From Tubiluchus corallicola (taxonomy: Eukaryota; Animalia; Priapulida), in contig JAQGDQ010000117.1 of the NCBI GenBank assembly GCA_030141605.1, positions 124,001-188,000 of the forward strand: a stretch of 64,000 nt of DNA. The letters are read 5' to 3'. Below the pieces are notes generated by a model. That model was given only the letters and a program-made list of their open reading frames with translations. It made no database searches and was not told the DNA's origin. The translations under genes and the position numbers were made by a program. Positions 25,785-39,180 of the stretch are shown here, piece after piece (position 1 is the first letter of the stretch; every line of letters begins with the position of its first letter).

Positions 25785-28700
25785 TTACGATAAATATGTC
25801 CTAATACTGGTCTTAATAGGTTTTCTACACATGGGGCAAAGCTTTAATGCTGGCGCACACTGCACACATGATATGAGATGTCCACAGGGTAGAAAAGCAA
25901 CTCCGACCTCCTCATCCATGCAGATCTTACACAATCGTTGCTCTTTCAATACACGATTTTCTTCTTCCAATGTAAGTGCTGCAAAAATGCACAATACTTG
26001 ATAATAAGAAAAAACACACATAGCAAATACAGTAACACCAAAATTCAGACATATTCAGCATCGATAAGCAAACATAGTGTTAAAATATAAGCAATGCACC
26101 GCTGATTCACAAATCTACATTAAATCCTAACAGCTAACATTAAAAACAAGTGACTTAAAATATTTCAAAATTAATGATGACCTTCTTATTGTATTGAAAT
26201 GGTTATACAAAATTCTTCAAAAAGAAAAATTGCAAGACACAAACTAGAGGAGGCACTTTGGCTAAGTGATACATTTGTTTCTTGGTATATGTTCACTTTT
26301 ACAAATCATGGGTGTTTGTGATACCTTTCAACTCTTTACCCAAATAATCTGGCAATAACATTACTCCTATATTTACGAAATATGGTTAATGGAACTTCTT
26401 AAATGCGAAAGTTGCTTAAATTATTGTGGATGAAAATCACAAACTACATTTTTGCTTTGCTACAGAACCACCTACAGAAATAAATTAACTCATGCACAAT
26501 GACATAGCTGTTAATTACAAACTTCAGTTAACAAAACTTTAAAGAAACCAAATAAATGTTAAAAACTGGAATAACATTTTAAGGGTGTCAAAACCATCCC
26601 AGAACAAGCTGTCAGGCACTCATAGAAATAGGCTGTTTTTCATGTTTTAATGAAAGCATATAATTTAACGAAATCTTATAGACAAACAAAACTTTCCCTT
26701 GGCATTTGGCACCTGTTGTTAATTCATAAAATTCTTCTAGTAAACATCCATGCCATGGAGGAGAGACTAATTCTGCCACACTAAACACATGAGTTAGCCT
26801 AATTTTCAGAACGCCCAAATCAACTAGGGAAATTTTAAATGCTTACGTTCATCTTTTGGTTTCTGATTCAGTATTAGTGGCGGAACTACCAGTTGATCTT
26901 TGGAAGCAGCTTCACTACCACCTTCAGTATTTTGCTCATTTGAGATTTCTTCCAGCTTTGTTATGGTGTGCACAATTCTCTCAGGATAAAGTGTCGTTTC
27001 TCCAGCCTCCAGACGTCTTCTCACAGCAAGCTGAAACATGACATTTTTGAGCTAGCCGTAATGGTGAAAAAGATGTGCAATCAGCATATTTAACTATCAA
27101 CAAATGCAATATTACCGAATGAAAACTGGTGATATTAAATTAATTATTAAAATATCACAGCTTGCAATGTAAGTTCATAAGCACCACGTACAAACTCACT
27201 AAATTCAGTCCAGTTAATAGAACATATTAAAGAGATTGTAGATTTTTAATAATTGATGATCTAATTTCTTACAATATTGCCATTTTTGTTTCTAAAAGCA
27301 ACAATGATCTCTTCCTCACATTCTTCAAGAATCCGGTAATTAATAATGTTAAATTGTATAACACAAGACATAATGATACCAGCTCTGCTATCATAGAGCC
27401 AATATTGCAAAACATTTCATTAGCTATAGTGCACCTAAATTGTGTAACACGCTACCCATAAATGCTACTTGTCCATAGATATTCATTGTTTTAAATCTTC
27501 TCTTAAACAAAATTTTTTACTGGCTATATAAACTACATCTCTTCACTGACTCATTGCATCTGTTATAGCTATATACTCCTAAGTTGAACTCTGTGTGCTT
27601 TCTGAGCTCATAGAAAGGAATCTTCCTAAACCACCTTCCCAAAACATGATTTTATTTGTAATAGGTTTCTATATTGGCATTTCCAAATAAATAAATTAGA
27701 AGAAAAAAATTTACCATCATTAAATGACTTGAACCAACAGGTTAGTTATTAAGCCACTTTTCAAACATTTTATCAAAAACATAAGCCATACATGAAACAC
27801 GTGTTTGCAAAAATACAAGAATGCTTAGCTTTGCAAGCACTTTTTATATCTTACAGTAATGCCATTGTTTATTACTGCAACCATTAAAGAACCATACTTA
27901 TGTTTAGCTAAAAAAAATCAAAATATAACAAAGATTCTCCTATTATGAGGGTTATAAAAGGAAATTGAAATGTGACAATTTTTTAAGATAATTAAGCAAT
28001 TAAATATTATAATGCTGAGTATAAGTACATATAACTGTGCAGTGGCAGTCTTTAATGTTGCAGCGTTTTAGTAATCTTGATATTTAACTCCAGTGTTGGG
28101 TCAATCACTTTTAAAATGTGGTATCAGAACAAATACAATTACTTTTATGAGATATAGTGATGCTACTGCTGCAACTACAATTACTGTATGAAAACTGTGC
28201 TATTACAATGGCCATTTTTGCTTTTGTGACAACTTTTGAGTGTTGCTGATATTGTGCACTGCAAAATGTAGATGACACCCTAAAAGAGCCTGCTAATAGT
28301 GATAATTAAATTGTTAAGTGGCAGCTAAAGAAACCTGAGTACGAACACAAATTGTATCAAGGTTCTAACTAAGCAGTTTATTTACGATGTTAAGAGACAC
28401 AACACCATACACTGTCAGCGTAGTATTATTCATTACAATATTTTTCATCTGACATTTTACTATTTTAGATTAGATTAGATTTATTTAATCCAAATATACA
28501 ATTGTACATATACAATAATAAATATGATTAGCTAATGTTTTAGGAATGGAGAACACCATGCAATAAATACTGTATATATATATATATATATAAAATAAAT
28601 ATTTTTATTTGGTTTAAAATAATTGATGTTTTGAAGTGTCTCTCACTAAGCAAAATACGTTTTCCAGGAAAAGACTCGCTAATAACAAAGATCAGAGAGG

Positions 28701-31700
28701 CACAGAACACATTGCCTCACTGTGCCAGAGATATTACAACCACAACAGGGTTCCCACAGAATTTCAAAATAAATTTCCCTGACTTTTCCCTGAACAAATA
28801 TTGATTTTCCATGACCAAGATCAGCATTACCAATATACGTATTCAAACATTTTTTTGTGTATGGACATGTTTACTGATATATACTGTGACGGCACAGTTG
28901 CAGAGCACAAACAATAGATTTTTTTTTGCAATGGCCTGTAACAGTTATGCTTAATTAAAACATATTAAATCATAATCCACTTGTACAAGATGCTATATTA
29001 ATATATATGTTATATGCTTGTTATACAAGTCACTTGAAATTCTAGAAACAGATACATGTATATTGAATTCCTAATATAATAATTCACTTGGGCTGAATCA
29101 CACATTCATCAACCATGCCATTTTTGCACTGCAGATTTACCTGAATTACAAAATTACACTAATCACATTAAATAAACTTTCTTAATCCAATCATTATTTT
29201 TGGAACAAAAATCGAAACTGGGAGCCCGCCATAGCAACATTTTATTTGAACACGAATCGCTGAAAAATATGTTTGGAAAAATATCGGTTCACTGTGATTT
29301 TTTTGCAACCCATTTTCATCATTTTCCTTGATTTTTTAGCAAATTATCTTTCTCCCTGACTTTTTCATGACTTTCCAGGATAGCATGTATTTTCAAGGAT
29401 TTTCCAGTATTCTTCCAGACCGTGGGAACCCTGCACAAGTATGTATGCAGGCACATAGCTGATTGAAGCTGTAAAAGCCTGCAACTGCCATAAAAACATA
29501 ACTCGCTATGCAGACATTAACAGTCAATCATGTGAATGCTATAAAGCTGGTACAGCATTATTTTAAAAAGTAGTGAACTTACAATTCACTGCTATTCATT
29601 TTCAAAGTAGTGGCAATACTCCAGCACTACTAATTTTTGTAGTGGTGCTACATAGCGGTACCATAGTAATGGTGCTAATACCTAACAAATGTTTAATTGA
29701 CTTTGGTTGTCAACAAAAAATAAAATTTCTTTACTGCTCAGTGTGTATAATGTGCATAAAAACTGTTTTACTGTGATGGGATTTGCATTGAATTTTTCTG
29801 TGGTGATCAAACAGTCACTGTTTTTTAAATACTATCACACAAATACATACCGTATATACTCGCATATAAGCCGAATTTAGAACTATAAAATACAATACTG
29901 AAATCAGGGGGTCGGCTTATATGCGCATGAAACAAAATGAACACAAGGACAGACACTAATGCCAATTTTCCAGCCACACATTTTCATCGCTATCTGACTC
30001 TTTATTTGGTTGTGTGTCACTAGTGGTGTATTGGAGGGGGATCGCCGTCCACCCACTTTTTTTTTTAGAAAATTCACATTTCAATAAATGTCTGCTTTTT
30101 GTATTCATTAGATAAAAAATATTAAAAATGTATACGGGTTTAATATTAAATCTACTTGTTTTCATTTTTTCAACAAAATATTTTCTTCTTTATTCATATC
30201 AAAATGTATAATTTCTTCTATTTCTTCTAGTATGTAACATAAAAGTAAGCATTTTACATCTTTATAGTAAAAAATTTCTATGAACCAAAAATACCCAATT
30301 AACAAAATGTGACAAAAAGGGATCAATTTTGTTGATTGGGTATGGAGTAAACTTAGACAAGTTGATGGTCGGCTTATATACGGGTTTTTGCAAAAACTGG
30401 CCATTTTAAAGCAGTTTTAGGGGGTCGGCTTATAAGCGATGTAGACTTATATGCGAGTATATACGGTAACTATTTTTATAATTGCATGCCAATATTACCT
30501 CAATGATGGCATCGCTAAAACCCATTGCTTTTACATGCTCCACTGGAATAGAGTTCATGTACGACTGAACTTGTTCTTCTGTTATTTCTGTATCCACAAA
30601 CACAAAGTTGCCTAATCACAACACAAAAAAGAAAGAATTAATTTTATAATGTAGCTTGTTACAATGTGATACACTTTGCCTTGCAGATAATGTGAAATAT
30701 TAAATATACTGTATTGTGACGTTGAATCATTATTACAGAGAATTTCAAATATCAACATGATTGTAATTAAATCATAATGAAATTCATGTCTGAATACTAT
30801 ATTTCTGGTAACAACAAGCAACAGTCTCATCATTCAGCGAAATGATAGAAATACACAAAATGAAGTTTGGTAAACAATTAGAACATTGGTTTAGAATATA
30901 AATTTTTCAGTTATATTTTTAAAATATAATACCTTATATGTAATAAGTGTATAGAAAATGTAAGTCATCTTCTTAATTACAATAATAAAAACATGAAAAA
31001 TTACCTGTTTGCTCATTATTTTCAGATGTGGAAATCTGTGTCTGGATTCCTTGGCCTTGTGCAATGTTAGAAAGCTTAAAAATAAAAATAAGAGAATTTT
31101 GCTTGGAGAACTAAGGAATTCATATTTCCTCACACATTTACAAAATGAATGAAGAAGCCATCTTCAAGAATTCAAGAAAAAACTGTAAGCTAATCAGTAT
31201 CTAAAAATACCAGCAAATTTACATACCGACTATTAAATAAATCTTTCCTACACCTGTTTTTAAATTGCAAGAAATATTTACAACAGAATGATTTTGAATA
31301 AAAAAAGCTACCATCAATGTAAAGTAACAGCAACGGGTAGATCATACAGTTGAAATATATCATATACATATTGTATCAGAATTAGAACATTTCTAAATGA
31401 GTTTATTTACTTAAACTAACAAGAAACATCTGATTCCCAGATAATTTTTAAAAAGGTTTTCATTTCCTGATATTCTTCCTACATTTGGCATACTGATGCC
31501 AGCATGCAAACACCAAATAACACAGGAAATTCAAGAACAAATTCAAATTTTTGTTTGAAATATTGGTAATAATGCCGGAAGTCTTTTTAATTTAGTTACT
31601 ATCAATACAAAAAGGAGTTTCACATTTTACAATTTAACACTATTCATTTTGAAAGTAGTGGCACAAAGGTTTAATGATGATGAAAATAAAAAAATAGACA

Positions 31701-34372
31701 ATGCAGCTCATCTCACCATTTGTGTAGACCTTGGATACTTCATTTGAATTTCAGCAATAAATTCTTCACCCTTGACTAGCTTAAGAAAACAACATCGAGG
31801 AAACCATCGAGCATGCTCCGCCCAAGCACTGTCCTGGGGTTCCCAATTGCGTAATCCACCATCGCAGGAAAAGCATTTGACATTGTCCGAAATACCTACA
31901 AAGTAAAATTTATGACAATGTAGATTACAAATTTCAAAATATCACCAACACAGTTTAACAATAGTTAAGAAAAGAAGTAGCAGCCAACTAGCAACTATGA
32001 ATAGTATGAAAATAAATTAAATGTACAGAGCCTGCCAATAAAACATTAAGCCAAATTGAAATCCTGTAAAATTTCAAATGAAATAATTTTCTTACAGTCA
32101 TGATAAATGAAAGACAAATATAAGTTTGATTACTAAGCGAAAAATTATAGGCATCAGCACTCAAACTAGAGACTGTAAAAAATCGGACATGCAGATTAAC
32201 TGACTACTTTATAGTTATCTTATTGTGGATAAGTCTATTACAGTATAAAAATCATTCAAGAAGTTACCTTGTTGATCCACATATATTTTTGGGGTATTTC
32301 AACCGATTTTATATTAATCAACTTACAATCAAATCAAATTATAATGCCCCCTTTACAATGCCAACCTTGCTTAATGCCCTAACGTTTGGCAAAACATTAA
32401 CTGCTTTCATTACTTTATAATCAATTCTCAAAATCCGGAGCTTTCAGCAACAATCTAAACGATGTTTCTTCAAATCCTTCCACCACTAAAAATTACCCAA
32501 ATAATAAAATCCAGCTTCAGCAAGCTCCTTTGGCGTCTGTTCTCTGGTGTTGGCAGGCCAACTGCTGAATGTTTGAAGCCGAGAGTCAAGTGTGGCAAAT
32601 TCAGGATGTCTGGGGTTATTAGTTGCAACACCGATCATATTGATAACTTCCCAGCCAGGCTCCATATTGCTTGAAGAAGTAAGTACATTCTCTTCAACAG
32701 AGTACGTAGGCATTCTTTCACGAAAAGAAATCATGGAAATTAATATTATCAAATTAAAACTTAAACATCAAATGTCGTACTAAGCTAGTAGAGAGTATGC
32801 AAAAGTAATCCAAAAACTTTAAATTTACACAGGCTTGATCAAACTACACAATTGTGATATTATACAAACTCGCATAAACATAGTGATAATAATATTTCCA
32901 AAAAACTTTGGAATATTAAAGGATTTTAAAAATGTAGTAAAAATTTGCGGCCAAATTTTTAGCTAAGATCACTAAACAAACTTTTTTTAAAAATCCAAAC
33001 TTATAATATTGTTTGCAGATGTTGCTAGCAACCACAAATCCACAAAGTTCTATGCCAGGATTAATATTTGCCATTAAAAGTTACTATTAAATAGCTGCTG
33101 TATATTATAAAAATACCTTTCTTCTGAACCACTACTCATAGCTGGTGGAGTAGATTGAATGGCTTCATTTCCAACATCCAACCCTCTTGCGAAGCCACAA
33201 TGGGGAAAGTGCTTTTTATGTTCTTCTAAAGGTCTGTCATTTCTTTCCCATCCTTGCAACATACCCTGACAAAATACGCACTTAACTCTGTCACCAGAAC
33301 CGGTATACACAAACCCTGCTTTGGCTAGTTCCTCTGCTTTAATAAATCTAACTGACCATTTAACAAATGTTTTCAACCGTTCACTTTCAGATTTTAAAAC
33401 TTCTAAATCCACCGACACGAGTCCAGGTGATGCTGAATGCCCTGCCGGAGTTTGCCTGACATACGAACCCTGCAAAAATTCATTCTCTTTTCCTGGAACA
33501 GCTGACTGATTTGCTGAACCATAATGAAAACCCGGATTCTGTGAAGGAAGACTTTCGTAACTACTGCGTGATGACGGAGGCAACTGTGCACTGCAGCCAC
33601 CTCGAATATGTCCGTGAAGAAATGACAAATCACATGGAATGGCACTGTGCGCTTCGGGACTAGTTTCCGTACAGGGAAGAGCAGCTGATGAAGATCCGCA
33701 TCGTGGATCAAAAACTCTCTGTTGAGTGGACGATTGTACATCATAAAAATTAAAAGTATTTGGTTGTGGAAAAGCAGAATCTCGTTGATACTGTACATCA
33801 GAGTCATTACTACATGTGCTATGGCTGCCTAAATTTTGCACACCAGCAATGTTAGCATTTCTAGAAACACTATCAGAAACTCTCTGTGTATTCACAACGT
33901 CTTCTTCGGGTAAGGGAGGAGAAGGCAGCATATCTGCACTTGAGCTCCTGCTCAGAACATTAGGGCTTTGGTTTGAAGCTTCTGAGCTTGAGCTCCTGCT
34001 ATGGCGGTAATTTAAAGGTACATTTCCAACCGAACACCCTTGTATGAACTGACAGTTTGGCACAAGGCGTCGATGCTTTCCCGCTGCAGAGTCACCGTAC
34101 TGCCAATTGTGCATTTCTGCCTCACAGCAAAAGCATTTCACTGTATCACCAGTTCCGGTATAATAAAACCCTGCCTTTGCCAATCTTTCTGCACTAATAG
34201 GTGCAGAACTTGGCCATACGCCTTTAAAAGATTTTAATCGTTCAAATTCCAATCGAAAGTCTGGTCTGTTAGCATTCGAATCCTGTATAAATGAAGAGCA
34301 CTGGCTAGAATTGTGAGATGGTATGTTAGAGTCCTGAATGTTACCAGGTGATTCAATTTCTGTTTGCAGCAT
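25785..34372 (-). CDS. inhibitor of apoptosis protein, XIAP/cIAP-like: BIR1-BIR2-BIR3-UBA-RING E3 ligase (737 aa, 7 coding exons)
   Basis: Exons 34372-33117, 32714-32497, 31895-31717, 31074-31005, 30611-30499, 27030-26847, 25978-25785. All GT-AG, phases 2,1,0,1,0,1, total 2214 nt. Three BIRs with CxxC...H...C ([16 protein letters not shown]; CVFC..EEH..C; [21 protein letters not shown]), UBA MGF motif ([14 protein letters not shown]), and C-terminal RING CKICMD...PCGH...CVQC...CPMCR. Confidence 0.93.
28746..29433. mobile_element. non-autonomous DNA transposon (688 bp) with 5-bp TSD, hAT5-like
   Basis: Perfect 12-bp TIR CAGGGTTCCCAC / GTGGGAACCCTG. CACAA is duplicated at 28741-28745 and 29434-29438. 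Subterminal TTCCCTGAC repeats at both ends. Confidence 0.85.
29850..30466. mobile_element. Tc1/mariner-superfamily (Tc2/pogo-type) MITE, 617 bp, TA TSD
   Basis: TA|CCGTATATACTCGCATATAAG ... CTTATATGCGAGTATATACGG|TA, with repeated internal GTCGGCTTATA motifs. Confidence 0.9.
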
Positions 34373-35259
34373 CTTCCTGGATTTGCTGGTTAAGAAAATG
34401 GATTCCTAATTGTCCAATATTTCTGAAGCCAAGTGGTTCTAATGTGATTTATCCCTGTCCACAGTATTCTACTTCCTTAAAATTTAAATTGAAAACATAA
34501 ATATTAGATGCAAGTGCCATACAAAGCTACACAAATTCCACTCTAATTCAGTAATCTTTGCAAATACTATATTTTTTATGCTAGAAACTTTTCAACTCTA
34601 GTTTGTCATAGTCACGTTAAAAAATTATAAAACAGTATTATATTATAGTATAAGATCACTGAAAAGGACATGCATCATGAATGGTAAAGTGACTTTAGCA
34701 TCACTGTAGTCGGGGCTTCTTTTTGCATTCTATAGTCAAGAAGCTTAGCTGCTGATTGCAGTGTGGTGCATGACAAATATATCTCATGCTATACTTTTGA
34801 AATTGGTCAAGTGACTATACTGCAAGATTTACAAGAGATATAATTAGATATTTAGACGATTTGTTACATTTTGGAGCAAATTCTAAAAGTAAATTGACTT
34901 GACCGCTAACTGGTGTAAGCATTTAACAAATTGCTAACCGTTTAACCATATTAACGAAACCTTGTATCTTTTCTGAGTTGGCGTACGCAATTAGCAATGT
35001 CCCGTTTATATAAAATTGTACTATTTATAACACTGTTTCAATTAATCTGGTTTAATAAGAAGCATCTAAACGGTAAATTACAAAAAGTTTTTCACTCAAG
35101 TATGTTACGAGTTTACCGCCATGTTGGACATTCTCACTGGTGCAAGTTAGATTTAAACCACCCCACTTGCTTGTGCAAGGAATGAATGAACTGTTTTAAC
35201 ATGGTATAATATGTTTTAACAATTAAATTAAAATGGTATGGCATGATTTGGAGAAGTTA

Positions 35260-35760
35260 ATTGTGTTCATAATTCATTCACGTACTGAAGAAACACTGAG
35301 TTGAGTGAATTTCTATGATTGGTTTAAATATAATTTACTGAAGATGTAACATATGCTAGGTTTGAAACAAACATGTTCTCCCTTAGTAGAAGCGAACACT
35401 AGACAGATGCAGGACAATGGTGACCACAATGCACAAAAAACTTTGCAATAAATATGAACATTACTATGTAACAAGAGTAACAAAGTTAATACTATTTAAA
35501 GCACTTGGTGTTTGAAATAAAAGACTGCATTAAAACAAAAATTTGAGTGTTCGCAGAATTATCTAGGGTATGGTTCCCATGCAGTTCATTTGTTGCAAGC
35601 ATGTAAACAGTGATGTTAAAAGCTGAAGCTGACAAAAGAGTGCAGAGATTTATAAAAAAGTCATGTCTGGCCTGGTGGTAAAGAGGGCAGCTAATTAAGT
35701 AACGACTGCCTGTTTCATAAGCAGAATCACATTGACAAATAGGTGATACTAGCCTGACAT
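35260..35760 (-). mobile_element. 3'-terminal fragment of a CR1/L2-group LINE ORF2
   Basis: Translation SPICQCDSAYETGSRYLISCPLYHQAR...LHGNHTLDNSANTQIFVLMQSFISNTKCF matches the C-terminal CCHC-like signature of invertebrate CR1-group ORF2. Boundaries are approximate. Confidence 0.65.
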
Positions 35761-36904
35761 AGGTGACATGGGTGATACATAGAAAATAGCCTGACATAGG
35801 TGATACAGTGTCTATCGTTATACAATGGGGCTAGAGTTAGGTAATTTCTTCATATTAGTTCGTCATGTGTATTCGATATTTTGTTAGGTATGACGTCAGT
35901 GTTAACCGACAGCTAATAACGTTTAACTGGTTACTTAAAAAGCCTAATCATCTGAGCCGTAACATCCAGGTAAGCAGTGCTATATTTAACAGAGCATTTG
36001 TTATAGTTATAAACTTAATCCTTTTTTATTGCTAATTCAGAAGTTATATCCAGAAACTAAATTAAATTATATTTAGAATCAGAAACCAAAAAAATAGCAC
36101 TAAAATTTTGGTAAAAAACACGAAATGAAGCTGTCATCATCATTATCATCATAATTATGCCCAATTACATCTATTGCAGACATTGGGTAGGCAGAACTTA
36201 AAATAAAAGAAATGTGCCTTCAAGATACGTAAACACAACAGTCACAGAAACGTAATTCATAGTACAGATAGCAAACAGTAGCACTTTTTGTTTCCCATCA
36301 GAAAAACTGTAGGAAGTTGCTAATTAAAAGATTTGAGAAATACTTAGCTTGAAAAACTTCAATGTAATTGTTACATAAGTGGGATGTAATTCTGAACTAA
36401 ATATTTATCTTGCATAAAACAGAATGCCTAAATCAAAAAACAACTAAACATATAAACATTTAACATATAAACTTATGCTGGCAAAACGCCAACGTTTTTT
36501 TATAGTCGTTTGCATGAGCAATTTAATTCTTAAAGTGAACTGAACTTTAATAACTATGTGGAAATATGCGTTTCTACTATGTGCCAAGAGCAGTACTTAG
36601 TTACAAACACACATACATAGCTTCTAGTACTTTACATATGAGCACTAGGATGGGCCCACTGCGCTTTCTCAAATCCTCATAATTAAGCTAATGATCACCT
36701 GACGTTTTGATCTTGTTTCAGACTAGCGATTTAAATTACATGATTAAAACCAAAGACTCAGTTCCTTCAAGTCTAGCAATAGCTTCAACTTTCAATAATA
36801 ACTTCAATTTTAATGACGACTTTAATCGTTTAATAAGTTATTAATCGCTAGGCCTTGAAAATTTTCCTAAACAGGTCCAGGAACTCGTTTTGGCAACAAG
36901 GGCG

Positions 36905-39180
36905 ATCTTAAGATGGCGCATTTGTAATTGATTTCGGATCGTGGCCATGATTACATTATCTCAACTTGCACTTTTTGTGCGGACTTGGTTGAAAGAGTGG
37001 CCGATACTAGCCATCTATGTCTTCTTGGTCTTTTAGCAAGGTTTCAGTAACAACTATATATTATATTGCTTTAAGACTGTCAAATCTAATCAGCATGGGA
37101 TATATTGCTCCTGTTGTGAGTCATGGATTCATCTTAACTGTTCTCGTCTAACAATCTCGGATTATACTTAATTATGTAGTGATAGTGATGCCTGGTTCTG
37201 CCATAACTGTTTAGCAAATATATTTCCTTTCAAGAAGATTCTCGTTGATGAAGATTTCTTATGGTCACCAGGTATATAAATATTCCTGATATAATCAACT
37301 ATAACGCCTTTAACTTATATTTAACGATAATTTAATTAAAAATGGTAATACTGAATATCTAGGCAAAGTCAGCCGAGAAACAAATTTCTCTAACAGTATG
37401 AACATTCTAAATGGCAGTAAATGTCATGATAGCGACCAATTCAATTCAATATTTCGTAATAATTACAATAATGCCAGACAATAACCTTTTATCAATTATA
37501 CATTTAAATATTAGGAGTATAAAATTTAACGCAAATTTTGATAAATTTCGTGCTTATGTACAGACGTTAGCACAAATTTTCCAAAAATTGCCCGTCTGAA
37601 ACTTGACTCATGGATAACATTGACTCCTCAATTAACTTACCTGGTTATAAGTCTTCATTTAATAATAGGACAATAGATAAAGGTGGTGGTGTTGTTGTAT
37701 TGTTTGTTAGAGAGGATTTGACCTTTATCATCCTTAGTGATCTCAATTATTCTGGCAATGATATTGTAGCCATTTTTATTGAGGTATTATGCAATCAGGA
37801 TAAAAACATTGTTATCGGCTCAATTTATCATCCTCCAGGTGAAGGCCCTCTACAGTTTATTGATAAAATCTTTGGCATAATATCCAAAGTCAAAAGCCAA
37901 GAGAAACAACTATATGCTACCGACGATTATAATATTAATTTGATTAGTCACCAAATCCACAATCATACCAAATACTTTTTAAATTCAAGGTTTACCAATT
38001 CTACATTCCCAACATTAACACGTCCTACAAGAATTATTAACTATTCAACCACATTCTATCAGCAACATTTTCACCAACGTCTTTCAGTACATTCTTAAAT
38101 CAATACAAGGAATATCGCAACAAATTAAATAGTCTTGTTAAAAGTCTAGAGATAAGCATAAATTAGAAATGTATAAAAACAATAAAAATGACATGGACAA
38201 CTATGAAATAAGTAATAAATAAAGGTAAAGTGCAAAACCAAATTAAATTAAATATTAATAATAAAATCGAAACAAACAACAAATTAATTACTTATAAATT
38301 CAATGAGTATTTGTTAATGTCGGACCATCACTTGCTGAGAAGAGTAACTTGTCAAATCATCAATTTAAGGAACACTTATAAGATAACTACTCCAATTCAT
38401 TCTTTTTAATCCAGTTGCTCTTAAGAATGTTCTTAATATATGCAAATTGTTATACACCAACATGAGTCTCTTGATAGACAACTACATACCTAGGACAATC
38501 GCGGATATATTTCCTCAAATATTAATACCTATAACTCATATTTTATTCAAATATTTTAGTAGTGGTATTGTTCCGATCAAGATGAAATAAGATCTTATAA
38601 CAGTAACACTCCATAAAGGCTGGCGACAACATGAACTTAAATAAATACCAACCAATGTCCTTACTACGCTTTTCTCTAAAATACTAGAAAAAAGTGTCCA
38701 CAATCAATTATGCAAATATTTTATCAAAAATAACATTCTTAACAATAACCAATTTGGATTCAGATCAGACCTATCCATTGAATAGCTTAAATTAAAGTTT
38801 GTGAACAAATTGTTAACACTATCAAAAACAACTCAATCTCTGTTGGCATTTTCTGCAACTCGTCTAAAGGATTCGACAACAGTGACCATGATATACTAAT
38901 TACAAAACTTTCTCACTATAGTGTGAGGAATTGCATATGTATGGTTTAATGATTATCTTTCTGTAAGAAGCCAATTAGTTAGATACAATAATTGTCTATG
39001 CAGCCCTCAATCCATGAAGTGTGGTGCACCACAAAGCTCCATTCTCGAGCCTCTATTATTTTTAATATACATCAACGACCTGTGTAATGTCTTAACCAAC
39101 AATAACCTATTTTAGTTTGCAGATGCCACCACGTTATTTTTTAATTTACATTCTTATTCTGTACCTGCAATAAACTCGAT
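36905..39180 (+). mobile_element. degenerate CR1/L2(Crack)-like LINE, 5' part: PHD finger - AP endonuclease - reverse transcriptase
   Basis: PHD remnant (CFK..GIYCSCCESWIHLNCSRL..WFCHNCLANIFPF, about 37060-37230). APE motifs LSIIHLNIRS, GGGVVVLFV, IGSIYHPP, DDYNINL, PTRI. RT motifs NQFGFR, GIFCNSSKGFD, CGAPQSSILEPLLFLIYINDL, FADATT. Many stops and frameshifts. Confidence 0.88.
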
